This document shows positions 25,750-37,484 of a stretch of DNA of 64,000 nucleotides, in pieces (position 1 is the stretch's first letter; every line of letters starts with the position of its first letter). The position numbers and the translations under genes are program-made. The notes beneath the pieces were generated by a model. It was not told the DNA's origin. It made no database searches and saw only the letters and a list, made by a program, of their open reading frames with translations. Location of the stretch: assembly GCA_046563655.1 (NCBI GenBank), contig CM102284.1, positions 7,812,001 through 7,876,000 on the forward strand, read 5' to 3'. Origin of the DNA: Yuukianura sp. NJ FZ-2021 (Eukaryota).

Positions 25750-26544
25750 GGTTGAAGTAAACTTGGGCCGCGCGCCTGTCCCCACCCGTTCAAATTTTCG
25801 CGCTGCTCCAATTGTCCCCACCTATTGTCCCCACTTGGTGGGGACAAATGTGTCCCCACCAGCCTTAAACAACGACTCCCCCTAGCGGTTGGTGTCGAAC
25901 TAATGAATTCAAGCTGGCAACGTAGTAGTGTTGCTTCAATGTAAAAAACCCGCTGTAGAAAAGGCAACTAGGCACTAGGGCACATGTAATCAACATGGCG
26001 AGACTCATTCCGACAAACTTACACACTTTTAATCACTATTGCGAGACTTTTAGTCAGCCAAACCTACCGACGTAATAACTATTGCATGCTTAACCAAACC
26101 TAACGCCGCACCTTCGGCGCGGAAAATGCATTGTACCAAGAAGTTTTGGGCTGAAACTAAACGAAGAAGTTTCTTTGCAGTTTCCGCGCCGAAGGCGCGG
26201 CGTTAGGTTTGGTTAAGTATGCAATAGTGACTATGTCTGTAGATTTCGCTGATTGTCCTACAATAGTGATTTTTTCTGTAGGTTTTTCTGACTTAGTCTC
26301 ACTATATTTATTACCTGTGCCCTGGGTGTAGGCAATGGAGCAACGGTACGACGTTGCCAGCTCGAATTCGCTAGTTCCACTTCAGCCGCTAGGGGGAGTC
26401 GGTGTAAGGCTGGTGGGTACACTTTTGTCCCCACCAAGTGGGGACAAATGTACCCACTCGGTGGGGACGCTGGGTGGGTACAATGGTGCAGCGCGAAAAT
26501 TTGAACGGGTGGGGACAGGCGCGCGGCCCAAGTTTACTTCAACC
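25750..26544. mobile_element. Foldback-type non-autonomous DNA transposon (near-complete palindrome, 8-bp TSD, GG termini; Merlin- or MULE-like)
   Basis: TIR GGTTGAAGTAAACTTGGGCCGCGCGCCTGTCCCCACCCGTTCAAATTTTCGCGCTGC with its perfect inverse at the right end; arms stay similar to ~26130/26180; direct repeat CTGCCCGG at 25742-9 and 26545-52; absent from the paralogous flank at ~40628. Confidence 0.88.
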
Positions 26545-27233
26545 CTGCCCGGAGTTTGAATTTGGCTTTTGAGTTCCTAGTTTTAATGGAATAACTCATG
26601 GGATTGTCTATTTTTGAATTTGAGTTTCAAAGTTTGTGCCCTACAACTTTTTCTTGTTTATCAAGACCATACTAGCGTATTACGATCAAATGATAGGTCC
26701 AGAGATGTGTCGAGATGGTAATCTTCCAGAACATGAGAATTTTCGTGTCGATATTACGCCATTTTGCCGAATGAGTCATTTCAAAGCCCATTTTATGAAT
26801 TTCATCGAAACGAATTACTCCGAAAGGTACTTTACTTTGAAAGCAACCTATTCAGAAGCGAATTACTGCAACAGTTAAATTAAGACGAAAGATATTTTTC
26901 CTAAACGATAACATGTAAATCGCTATTTTAATACAAAACTTAATCGGCCGGTCTCTATTTTTCGCGAAAATTCCTGCAACATTCTGAGTTTTGGAAATTT
27001 TTTAATTACAGGTGTAAAATTTTGTATGTAAAATACACCAATACGACGGGATCACTCCTTTGCAATTTGAAATTGAATGAAACCAAAAAAAAACTTCGAC
27101 AGAAATTACACGTAATATTTGTTGTAGGAAGTAATTTCAATTACTTCAATCGTCTGAAACAAAACTAAATTAAAGGTTGCTGCACTTAGCTGAGAATAAC
27201 TTAAATCTTTTTTACCTAACCTCATCCAAAAAT

Positions 27234-29335
27234 TTAAATAGTTATTGAAACTAAACTACGCTTGAAGTATACAATTTCAGGGACAAATGCAATGACGCAA
27301 ATTAGAGTAAGTACAGAGTGTACAATAAAAACTCCTAGCAGTAGCCCACTGCCCCAGGAGAGTGGCTCAAGTAGATTTTCCGGTAAATTCTGAATAGCCA
27401 AAAATTTATCAACTTGTTTCTTGAGTTTGAAATCGCCCGTTTCCGGACCTTCCAAAATGTACCGAAACAGTCCGGAAAGTATCAAAGACTCAAACTGTCT
27501 GTGCACATGCCCAGAGTAATCAAAAGTCATTGACCCCATAATCCAATATGTATTGTGGGAAAAGTACTTTTCTTTGCCGTAGTACAACTTCTTAGACGCT
27601 TCAGGATTCAGTTGTACTAAATCCAGAAAGGTTTTTGCTAAGCCCATTGCATTGTCTATGTAAATTTTGTTATCACATTTGGCAATTTCCCTCAGAAGTT
27701 CGTTTGGTTCATTCATATTTTTCACAAAAATTGGTGCAATACTTGCAATCAAGTTTGGAAACATTGTATTTATAGCCGTAAAATTAATTGGGTTAGATGC
27801 ACGTACTTGTCGCAATACTCCTTTAATGAATGGATTTACTGCCTCAGCTACCTGCCAATTGTGCGCTAGTATATCTTGCCCAGTATAGTTCAACTGCTCA
27901 AATTCCCGCCAATCACGTGTCTCTGCATCTTCTGGTTGACATGGAATTGCAACTTTAAATTTTCCCGCAAAAGCGTCATTGACGGATTCCAGCTTAGTCG
28001 TTGGTAGTGGGGCGGTTAAGTCGGCTGTAACCTCAGAGCGATAAAGATTTGACAAAGTTACAAAAACTAAAGCGAGTGCGCCCAAGAAAAATTTAAGACA
28101 ATAAATTTTGTTCAACGTTCCAAAAAACTGAATGTTTTGTTCAAATAGCAATCGAATGACAAAAAAGACGTATTTGTCCGTAGACCGCTTGTAGCGAACT
28201 ACTGCAAACACAAAATAAACAACAGCTAAAAGTGAGGTCAAAAGACCAATCCAGAGGTCAAGTTTAAACGGTCGTGTGAGCAATAATAGACTAACAAATT
28301 TTTTTGCACCAGCGCAAGTAAGAAATTGAAACTCATGACTGTTGTGGTGGTACATGTAACTGTAAGGGTCCATACTTTCTGTTGCTACACCAAGTTCGTT
28401 AGGAGCTATTGGAATTGCCTCAGGATAAACAGTCAAGTGCGATGGATATTGATATTGCTTCGCATCTTTACGGACAACTTTTACCACGTTCGGACCCAAA
28501 TTTGATTTCCATGCTCTTGAAACTGATTGATTAAAGCACCGGGTCACGCTTTTTAAAATGTTTAAGTAAAAGGTATTAGGTTCATGCTGAGGAACATTTG
28601 GTGCATTCCGTCCAATTGAAAGAAAATAATATTGGTTATTAGATTCCATGCACAGCCATGTCATGGCACACGCGTGAAGTAGAATTTTCGTCAGCTCAGT
28701 ATCGAGTAGTGACCGGAAAGGTATCTGCAACACATTTTTATCTGTATTGCGCGTGCGTAGAGAGTATAAGCATTGCACGGGAATGGTGAAATTGTTGTCA
28801 CCTCGGTAATATTGCTCGAAATACGGCACTCAAATACAGGTACCAAAAGGCTCATCTCGTTTGCATCACAATTGTCAAGGTACCGCTTCACTTTTCCTAC
28901 CATGTTGTTAAAGTGTAGCCACACAAAGTAAATGTTTCGGCCGTAGCACATTCGACTTCTTGTTCTTTCGTAAAAGTCGCACTCCGCTAGCCAGTTGAAC
29001 CGAGACGGTAGCAGACATAGCTCCGCAGTAGTGAGTTTGTGAACAAAATTTAAAATAAGGGCGCATGCGTGATTCCTTACCAATTTACTAATTCGCAAAG
29101 ATTCGAAGGTAGAGTTAATTTGGGCTTCATTTTGTGGTAGCACGATTAGCTGAATCGGTTGATTTAAAAAGTATTTCAATTCAAAACTTACTGTAACCTG
29201 TGAGATGACAATTACATGGCAGTTGTCGTACCCAAGATTTTCAAACTTAGTTGTCTGCTCAAAAATAGCCAAAATTATAGAGATACTGTTTGCAAAATTT
29301 ATTAAAATCTGGGCTGGGTAGTACATTGCCTTCAT
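27234..29335 (-). pseudogene. IR-like paralogue 2: full-length and intronless, one frameshift near 28750
   Basis: ORF 28691-29473 (true start MKAMYY at 29335) plus ORF 27234-28829 join into a complete paralogue if a 2-bp GC duplication in CGCGC (~28749-28752) is removed. M1 RPFKLDLWIGLL, pore LLFEQ, M3 LSNLYRSEVTADLTAP, LILSGLF, M4 GVFIVHSVLTLICVIAFVPEI. Confidence 0.82.
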
Positions 29336-29579
29336 ATTATTAAATAATATTGTAAATAATAGCTTCGCTGTTATAATAATTTGCCTTACCCCACACCGAA
29401 AATGTATACACATCTGTAGCAAGCAACAGCAAAAACAGTCTTTTGTTCCAATTTTGTGTTTGAATTCCTTCATACAACATTAACTATACGCAATTGATAA
29501 GAATCCCTTGACAGAATCGTTTATTTTAGTATTTTGTAGTAGCACTTAATTTTGGGTTTCAACTTTTGCCTATGCCTAG

Positions 29580-29814
29580 TTATTAAGTAGGAAAACGCGT
29601 TCGCAACTTTCTGTGTTTGGGCGTATCTGTCTGTCTGTCCGTCCACCAGTCACTATCACACACAATGGAACAACTAACTTCATTTTCAACCTGTCATAGT
29701 TTCCTCAACGTCTCATAATGTGCAGTTTTTTCCGGGTTAACCGGAAGTTAACAGCTTCCAAGTTGTGCGCTCCAATGTTACTTCGCTACTCACATACGGC
29801 GTTTACAACAGTTT
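29580..29814 (+). mobile_element. Old, degenerate Helentron-type non-autonomous element (HINE/DINE-1-like)
   Basis: Starts TTATTAAGTAG, contains the CTGT/CCGT microsatellite TCTGTCTGTCTGTCCGTCC and ends GCTACT...GTTTACAACAGTTT, resembling the ends of the 32665/34102 elements. Confidence 0.55.
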
Positions 29815-30420
29815 ACTAAATATTATATTAGTGTATTGGTGCCAAATAATAGCTCCAGGGTAGCATTTAGGTTGTTTTCTTCCATAACAGTGATAAAAGC
29901 GTGTTCATATTCCACCTGTAATTCTGCATATCCAATGTGTGCCAAATGTGCAAATGGATAATCAATACAGATGGTTCTCAAGTCTACGTGTTTTGGTGTC
30001 GCCAATGGTTAGATGCAAATGAATTTTGTATTTTAGCAACTGTTGAGAACATTGTTATTTTAAGCCACTTTTGTAATTTTATACTTTATAAATGTAATTT
30101 TATACTTTATAATAACTTTATAATTTTACACTATTGTAATAAACAATAGTGTAAATGAAAATTCACGTTTTCCGTTTCTTATCTCTCTGCACTTTAATGT
30201 GGTAAATTAGTACTTTCTTTTACTTTGCATGTTACAATTAAAAAAAAAAAACTTTAAAGACTGTTTCCATTTATTACCTCCAACTTCCAAAACATAACAC
30301 AATTAAATTAAATTACTGTGACTTTGGTGTAGTGTGTTTCACATATCTTAGAAATACTTACATCTTTTCTTAAACAAAAGCCATAAAGTCGAAGTATTTC
30401 AATACTTAGTCGCAAGTCAA

Positions 30421-32577
30421 CTACAGTCTCTCTACAGTATCTGCACGTTTGACGTGCACAATTTCAGCAACGAATGCTATGAAGCTAATTAGAGTAAGTG
30501 CGTAGTGTACTATAAAGATTCCAAGCAGTAGCCCACTGTTCCACGAGAGCCGCTTGAGTAAATTTTCAGGCAAATTTTGAATTGCCCGGAATTTCTTCAC
30601 TTTCTTCTTGAGCTTGTATTCGGCTTTTTTCGGACTTTCCAAAATGTATCGAAACAATCCAGAATGTATCAAAGACTGGAAGTGTCTCTGCACATGCCCA
30701 AAGCGGTCGAAAGTCATTGGCCCCATCATCCAATACGTATCAGAAGAAAAGTATTTTTCTTTCGAAAAGTAAATTTTGTTAGCACCTTCTGAATCAAATT
30801 GAACCAAATCCAGAAATGTTTTTACTAAACCCATTTCATTGTCAATGTAGATTTTGTTGTCACACTTCAATATCTCCAAATAAAATTCTGTCGGTTTGTT
30901 TCCATCTTGAACCGAAATAACTTCAACACTCTCCAACAGGTTCGGAAAAATTTTTGTTACATTTGGAAAGTCTTCTATGTGAAACGTACCGATACGACGG
31001 ATAATCCCTTTACTAAATTGGCTTACGTTCATAACGCCAATGATGAAGCTCCATTGGTACCTCATTCGTGTTTTGTAATCCATTTGATCTAAACCAAGCA
31101 GATCCACACGCGTTGGGTCCCGATTCTCAAATGGTAATGCAACTTTCAAGTTTCCCACCAAAGCATCTTCAACTGATTTTAACTTTGTGCTGGGCAGCGG
31201 TGCGGCCAAGTTAGCTGTAACTTTACCGCGGTAAAGATTTGATAAAACAAACAAAATTAGAGCAAGCGCACCTATGAATAACTTGAGGCGGTAAATTTTG
31301 TGTAAACAAGGAGAAAAGTATATATTTTGTTCAAATATTAAACGAAAGATCAAAAGAACGGTGCTGTCGGTTGTTCGTTTGGATCGAACTACTACATACA
31401 TTAAACAAAGCAAAACTGCAGTAGAGGTCAGCAAGCCAATCCACAGGTTCAGGTCAAAAGGTCGTATGAATGCAAATAGACTAAAAAATGTTTGTGCGCC
31501 GGCGCATGTAATGAATCCATACTCATGTGTTTTTCGCTTATAAATATAACTGTATGGTAGCACATCAAAAGAAAGGAAATGTTGCCCAATAGTTTGTGGA
31601 AACGAAGTAGGCTGAACAATTAAATAATTCAAATTCTTTGCGCATTTACGCGCCAATTTTGCAGTGTTTACCCCCAAATTTGATGCGAAATTATTTGTGG
31701 TTGATTGGTTGAGATAAAAAGTTACGCCTCTGAAAATTTGTAGTGAAGATAAATCACGTGGTGTATTTCCTGCAGCATTTTCTCCCGTATAAGTATAATA
31801 TCCAATCATCTCTGTGTCTCTCTCAAACAACCACTTAATAGGGCATGCGTGAAGTATAATTTGTGCCAGTTGAGTATCGGGTAGATACCGCGGAGGTATT
31901 CTACTAGCATTATGGCCAAGTATGTGCAAGCGCAGTGCATATGTACTGCACGGCTTAGGAAATATTGTGGTCAAATCATGAATATTGTTCGAAGTACCGG
32001 TATTGGTATCGTACCGGTACTCGAATACCGGTATCGCTAGCGTTGTCCATGCTTCATCACAAATGTCCAAGTACGATCGTATTTTTACCGCCATTTTATA
32101 AAAGTTTAGCCACACAAAATAAATGTTTTGACCGGAACAGAACTGGATACGCGTAGTAGTGTATGGATCACAATCAACAAGATATTTGAATCGATACGGT
32201 AGGTAACAAAGCTGCGCAGTAGAAAGTTGGTGAACTAAACTGAAAATTACTGCGCAGGCGTAATTTTTTACCCATTTGATGACTTGTACAGAAGTAAAGG
32301 TGGAGTTTATCTCGGATTCGTTCCTTGGCAGACGTATAAGTTGAATTGGTTGATTTGAAAAATAGTTCAGATGAAGATGGTTTGCGAAATCTGAAAATTT
32401 GGAATTTTGACGTCTTAAATGTTTGAGGTTAAGTTGAGAGACAGATTCAGTCAAGACGATTACATGACAATAGTCGTATCCCAGATTTTGCAATTCAGAT
32501 GCAGGCTCGAATTTTGTTGAAATTGAAATCTCACAAAGTACGGAAATTATAAAAATTTTGAAAAAGATGTAAGCCAT
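30421..32577 (-). CDS. Intact intronless divergent ionotropic receptor (variant iGluR family), 718 aa
   Basis: Hydrophobic signal-like N-terminus; FITC...RPFDLNLWIGLL (pre-M1/M1); FRLIFEQN (re-entrant pore); FVLSNLYRGKVTANLAAP (equivalent of iGluR SYTANLAAF, M3); S2 ending SLIHSGLFRY (L.E.G.); C-terminal TM GIFIVHYALTLISFIAFVAEI. Topology and spacing match IRs. Confidence 0.85.
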   Translation of the reverse strand: MAYIFFKIFIISVLCEISISTKFEPASELQNLGYDYCHVIVLTESVSQLNLKHLRRQNSKFSDFANHLHLNYFSNQPIQLIRLPRNESEINSTFTSVQVIKWVKNYACAVIFSLVHQLSTAQLCYLPYRFKYLVDCDPYTTTRIQFCSGQNIYFVWLNFYKMAVKIRSYLDICDEAWTTLAIPVFEYRYDTNTGTSNNIHDLTTIFPKPCSTYALRLHILGHNASRIPPRYLPDTQLAQIILHACPIKWLFERDTEMIGYYTYTGENAAGNTPRDLSSLQIFRGVTFYLNQSTTNNFASNLGVNTAKLARKCAKNLNYLIVQPTSFPQTIGQHFLSFDVLPYSYIYKRKTHEYGFITCAGAQTFFSLFAFIRPFDLNLWIGLLTSTAVLLCLMYVVVRSKRTTDSTVLLIFRLIFEQNIYFSPCLHKIYRLKLFIGALALILFVLSNLYRGKVTANLAAPLPSTKLKSVEDALVGNLKVALPFENRDPTRVDLLGLDQMDYKTRMRYQWSFIIGVMNVSQFSKGIIRRIGTFHIEDFPNVTKIFPNLLESVEVISVQDGNKPTEFYLEILKCDNKIYIDNEMGLVKTFLDLVQFDSEGANKIYFSKEKYFSSDTYWMMGPMTFDRFGHVQRHFQSLIHSGLFRYILESPKKAEYKLKKKVKKFRAIQNLPENLLKRLSWNSGLLLGIFIVHYALTLISFIAFVAEIVHVKRADTVERL

Positions 32578-32664
32578 TTTGATTTTTAAATCTATTTTTT
32601 CCGAAAAAAGCTGAATCCAGAAGCACGAACTAACAAAACGACACTATTCAACAGTATATTTGGG

Positions 32665-33587
32665 TTATTAAGTAGCTTTAGCTACTTTATAAAAGTATTT
32701 TTGTCCGTCATCACGTTTTCCGTCATATCCCCATAAGGAAAGCCGGTCCGTCATCGCGTTTTCCGTCATGGCATAGGGAACTCCATTGGTCATCACGTTC
32801 TCTGTCATGTCCATAAGATAGGCCGGTCCGTCATCACGTTCTCTGTCATGGCATAGGGAACTCCATTGGTCATCACGTTCTCTGTCATGTCCATAAGATA
32901 GGCCGGTCCGTCATCACGTTCTCTGTCATGTCCATAAGATAGGCCGGTCCGTCATCACGTTCTCTGTCATGTCCATAAGAAAGGCCTGTCCGTCATCGCG
33001 TTTTCCGTCATGATATAGGGAAAGCCATTGAAAAATGTTAAAAAACATCAGCACAATTATTTCGGAAGCTACTGAACCGATTTCGTCCAGGTTTTTACCA
33101 ATCAACAGCTCATGACCCGGGTGAGATCAAGTTTGCAAAATCATTCCGGTCAGTGACCTTATTCCGGGTCAAAATCGATCTCAAAGTTCACGTGAATTGT
33201 TAGATGGAGGAAGTGTGGGTACAAAAAACTCTGCTTGTGGGACTGGAAAGGTAAATGGCATGGGAGTTGGTTTTCTGCTTAGCAAAAAATCAACTACGCA
33301 GCAGTTGACCAACACACTCATGCCCTGTCCACTTCCAGTCCTTCTGCTGTTGCTTCACCCGGATCCTACCTCTTCACATCTTTGCTACACCTCACCCCCA
33401 TTTCCACTGGGGGGTGAGAAATTAGGGGAAACACAGCCCCACTTCCCCCCGGGTGGCGCGGGAAAGTGGAAGCAACACACCCCCACTCCTCACGGGGGGC
33501 GGAGAGGTGGAAGAAAAACATCCCCTGTTTAAAAAAAACCTAAACGCTAAAGCTACTTTTTTATGTGCGGTTTACAACCGGTTTATT
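32665..33587 (+). mobile_element. Helentron-associated non-autonomous element (HINE/DINE-1-like), copy A
   Basis: 5' subTIR plus hairpin AAGTAGCTTTAGCTACTT; internal ~40-bp tandem repeats; 3' subTIR GCTAAAGCTACTT; terminal stem-loop CGGTTTACAACCG; T-rich TTATT ends. Confidence 0.82.
32703..33030 (+). repeat. ~40-bp tandem repeat (~8 units) inside HINE copy A
   Basis: Units of CCGTCATCACGTTCTCTGTCATGTCCATAAGATAGGCCGGT and variants. Confidence 0.9.
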
Positions 33588-34101
33588 GAGTTTCCATGTT
33601 GTTCAAGGAGTATCTTCGCTAGGGATTTCAGTTGTTTACTTTTTAATTCAAGGAACAAAGGGAAGGTTAGGTAGTTTAGGTAATGCAAATTCAAAAAAAA
33701 ATGATTAGATAACTATCTCTTGGGTTTCTGACATTTCAAAATTGTTGATTTGGAAAAAGTCTCTTGCTGTTTAATAGCGTCCCACACCACCACGGTTTTA
33801 ATGTTCAACAACCTTCATTTTTTGTAGAAAAACAAACTCCGGAAATTTTCGAATTGATAAAATTTGAACTTTCGTTATGACCTTACGTTCATCTGAGTAT
33901 GACCTCTAGAATATGTATTTGAACGGTACATTGACATTTGGCGTGTACAAAATATTGAAGTCGAAGCTGAAAGGAGACGATGAAATACATAAAATATAAA
34001 ACATGCATTTAATAGGTTGGTTTCTATTCTTCACGAAAACTGCTGCAACACTCTCAGTTTAAAAAAAATTAAATAAGAAAATTAAAAAAGAATTTAAATA
34101 G

Positions 34102-34811
34102 TTATTAAGTAGCTTTAGCTACTTTATAAAAGTGTTTTTGTCCGTCATCGCGTTTTCCGTCTTGTCCCCATAAGGAAAGCCGGTCTGTCATCGCGTTTTC
34201 CGTCTTGGCATAGGCGGAAGCACTGTCATCGCGTTTTCCGTCTTGCCCCATAAGAAAAGCCTGTCCGTCATCGCGTTTTCCGTCTTGGCATAGGGCTCAC
34301 CATTGTAAAATGGTGAAAACATTAGAACAATTATCTAGCAAACTACTGGTCCAATTTCGTTCGGGTTTTCACCAATGAACAGCTCATGACCCGGGTGAGA
34401 TCAAGTTTGCAAAATCATTCCAGTTAGTGACCTCCTTCCGGGTCAAAATCAATTTCAAAGGTCAAGTGAATTGTAGATGGAGGAAGTGTGTGTAGAAGAA
34501 ACTCTGCTTGTGGGACTGGAAAGGTAAATGGCATGGGAATTGGTTCTCTGCTTAGCAAAAAATCAACTACGCAGTTGACAAACACACTCATGCACTGTGT
34601 CCAGTGTCCCTCCAATTCATCTGTTGTTTCTTCACCCGGAGCCACCTCTCCATCTCTTTGTTTGAACTTATCCCCACTCCCCCGGGGGGGGGGGGGGGCT
34701 GGGGGTACCCAGTCCCGGAGGGGGCGGTAAACATTGAGTTGCTTTTTAAAAACCAGCCAATTGCCAATTGCTAAAGCTACTTTTTTATGTGCGGTTTACA
34801 ACCGGTTTATT
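34102..34811 (+). mobile_element. Helentron-associated non-autonomous element, copy B, inserted in the last codons of IR paralogue 4
   Basis: Same termini, subTIRs and core as copy A; ~4 internal repeat units; different 3' interior. Confidence 0.82.
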
Positions 34812-36359
34812 ATAAAACAACTACACTTGAAGTACACAATTTCAGTAACAAATGCAATGACGCAAATAAGAGTAAGTACAGAGTATACTATAAAAATTCC
34901 TAGCAGTAAACCACTGCCCCACGAGAGCCGCTCAAGTAGATTCTCTGGTAAATTTTGAATTGCCAGAAATTTTTCAACTTTTTTTTTAAGTTTACATTCG
35001 GTTGTTTTCGGACCTCTCAAAATGTAGCGAAAGAGTCCGGAATGTATCAAAGATTGGAACTCTCTATGCAAATGCCCTGAGCGGTCAAAGGTCATTGACC
35101 CCATCATCCAATACGTATTGTAGGAAAAGTACTTTTCTTTGCCGTAGTACAACTTTTTAGACGCTTCAGGATCCAGTTGTACTAAATCCAAAAAAGTTTT
35201 TCCCAAACCCATTTTATCGTTTATGTAAATTTTGTTGTCACACTTGATAATTTCTTGTAGAAGCTCGTATGGTTCGTTTCTATTCTTGACAAAAATTGGT
35301 GTAATGCTTTCAATCAATTTTGGAAACAATTCATTTACAACAGTAAGATCTGTTGGAGAAAATGCACGGACTTGACGAATGACTCCTTTGAAAAAAACAT
35401 TTACTTTAACTACACGATAAAGGAACCTCAAACTGTGCCGCCTTCGTTCAGTATGATTCAACTGCTCAATTTTTCGCCAGTCGCATGTTGCCCCGGGCAA
35501 AAATTCATAAGGAATTGTAACTTTAAAGTTTGCGGCAAAAGCGTTCTTGACTGATTCTAGCTTACTGCTTGGTAGTGGCGCAGTTAAATCCGCTGTTACA
35601 TCACAGCGATAAAGATTTGACAAAGTAAGGAAAATTAAAGCGAGTGCACCCAAGAAATATTTGAGACGATAAAAATTTTTCAACGTCCCAAGAAAAATAA
35701 TGGTTTGTTCAAACAGCAATCGAATAACAAGAAAGGTGTAGTTGGCTTTAGAACGCTTGTAGCGAACTACTGCAAACACAAAATAAGTAACTGCTATGAG
35801 GGACGTCAAAAGACCAATCCAGAGGTCTAGTTTAAAAGGTCGTGTTAGGCATGATAGACTAACAAATTTTTGTGCACCGGCACAAGTCAGAAATTTAAAC
35901 TCATGAGTGTTTTGGTGGTACATGTAACTGTATTCTCGCATAGGCTGTGTTTCTAAACCAAATATCAGAGCAGTGTGCGGGAATGCCTCAGGGTAAACAG
36001 CAAAGATCTTCTTGTTCTCCGCACCTTTGCGTGCAATTGTTTTGATATTTGGCCCCAAATTTGATTTTGATGATCTTGAAGCTGATTGGTTGAAATACCG
36101 AGCCAGGCTTTTAACAATATTTATGTGAGCCGTATCTGTTGAATTAAGAGCATATATTTCCACATTTCCTGCTCTTGAAACAAGATGATGTGGGCCATTA
36201 ATGCCATTGAATAGCCAATTCATGGGACACGAGTGAAGTAGAATATTTCTCAGTTCAGTATCGAGTAGTGACCGGAATGGGAGTTGCAATACATTTGGAT
36301 CTTTGGTGCGCCTGCGTACAGCATAGGAATTGCATGGGTATGGCGGAATTGTTGTCAGC

Positions 36360-36765
36360 TAGGGATGTTCATGTTCCGTTTTGTATCGTTTACACCTATA
36401 AACGGAAAGAACACGAATTTTGCGTTTTCAGAAACTTCAGAAACGGAACGGGAAAAAAACGGAACGGCACTGGAAAGGGGATGTAGGTGAGACAGCACGA
36501 AGATTAGGGAATATAATGATGAAAGAAACCATGTGAATTATTGAAATTTACTTTCTATTAGTAGTGTAGTCATATAGTCATATAATCATATACAAATAGT
36601 TAATTTTACTAATAGTCAAGGGTTTAAGCAAATTTAGGTTCCGTTCGATTTTTCTAGAGAAAACGGAAACGGAACGGGTTTTTCCGTTTCCAACATGTTA
36701 GGAACCAGGTACGAAATGAGAACGGGCAAAATTTCGTTTCCAGACACGGAACATGAACATCCCTA
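36360..36765. mobile_element. hAT-like MITE inserted in the coding sequence of IR paralogue 4
   Basis: 20-bp perfect TIR TAGGGATGTTCATGTTCCGT / ACGGAACATGAACATCCCTA; subterminal AACGG repeats; TSD only degenerate (GTTGTCAGC vs TATGTTACC). Confidence 0.85.
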
Positions 36766-37324
36766 TATGTTACCTCGGTAATATTGCTCGAAGTATGGTA
36801 GAGAAATAGTGGTAACACAGGCTCTATATATTGTTCATCACAATTGGCAAGGTACCGTTTTTCTTCTCCGGCTATTTTGTGCAACCACACAAAATAAATG
36901 TTTCGGCCGTAACATGCAATTTTGTTTCTTCGTACCCACAAAACACTAGCCAGTTGAATCGATGCTGTAGTGGACACATCTCAGTTGTAAAGCTTTCGTG
37001 GACAATATTTAAGATTAGTGCGCAGGCGTGATTTTTTTTTACCAATCTATTAATTTTCAAAGACTTAAAGGTAGAGTCTATATGGGTTTTATTTTGTGGT
37101 AGCACGATTAGTTGAATCGGTTGATTTGAAAAGTATTTCAATTCAAACGTTGATGTAGTCCGCAGGACCACAAATACATGACAGTAGTCGTATCCAAGAT
37201 TTTCAAATTTAGTTTCCTGTTGAAAACTGTTGAAAGTTGTGGAGAAAATATTTGCAAAAGTTATGAAAATTATAGCTGAGTGGTAAACTGGCTTCATATT
37301 ATTTGTTCTACCACGCTACTGCAC

Positions 37325-37329
37325 ACTGA
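37325..37329 (-). promoter_or_regulatory. Candidate arthropod Initiator (TCAGT) upstream of IR paralogue 4; equivalent site at 40588-40592 for paralogue 5
   Basis: TTCAGTGTGC is conserved 30-45 bp upstream of the ATG in paralogues 4 and 5; TCGGT occupies the equivalent position in paralogues 1 and 2. Confidence 0.3.
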
Positions 37330-37484
37330 AAAAGCAAATACATCTATGGCAACAAAAAAGCTACTTTCGGTTTAACTCCATTTTTTAATTTCTACAGCTT
37401 TTGTTGAACATGTTTGTAGTCCACAGGATCGTTTATTTTTGAATTTTGGATTAGCGCCTAATTTGGGGTTTCAACTTTTTCTTG

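Larger units (their letters stand above)
34094..37297 (-). pseudogene. IR-like paralogue 4: disrupted by a frameshift (~36920), an hAT-like MITE (36360-36765) and a HINE in the C-terminal codons
   Basis: ORFs 36872-37297, 36654-36977 and 34796-36289 are consecutive pieces of the same protein. Removing the HINE restores FKCSCFIITI* (stop 34094-6), matching FKRSLVSITI* of paralogue 2. Confidence 0.85.

Noticed and set aside
25731-26559. ORFs 25731-25967 and 26335-26559
   Set aside because: Mirror-image frames in the two arms of the foldback element.
30072-30135. Short tandem duplication TGTAATTTTATACTTTATAA
   Set aside because: Two to three AT-rich units; ordinary slippage.
32392-32412. Possible intron (GT...TTTTCAG on the minus strand) explaining the insert in the intact IR
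   Set aside because: Only ~21 nt, too short for a normal spliceosomal intron, and the frame is open through it.
33197-34958. ORFs containing NSACGTGKVNGMG and AKATFLCAVYNRF
   Set aside because: They lie inside the two HINE copies; the similarity reflects the repeat, and the frames are not maintained between copies.
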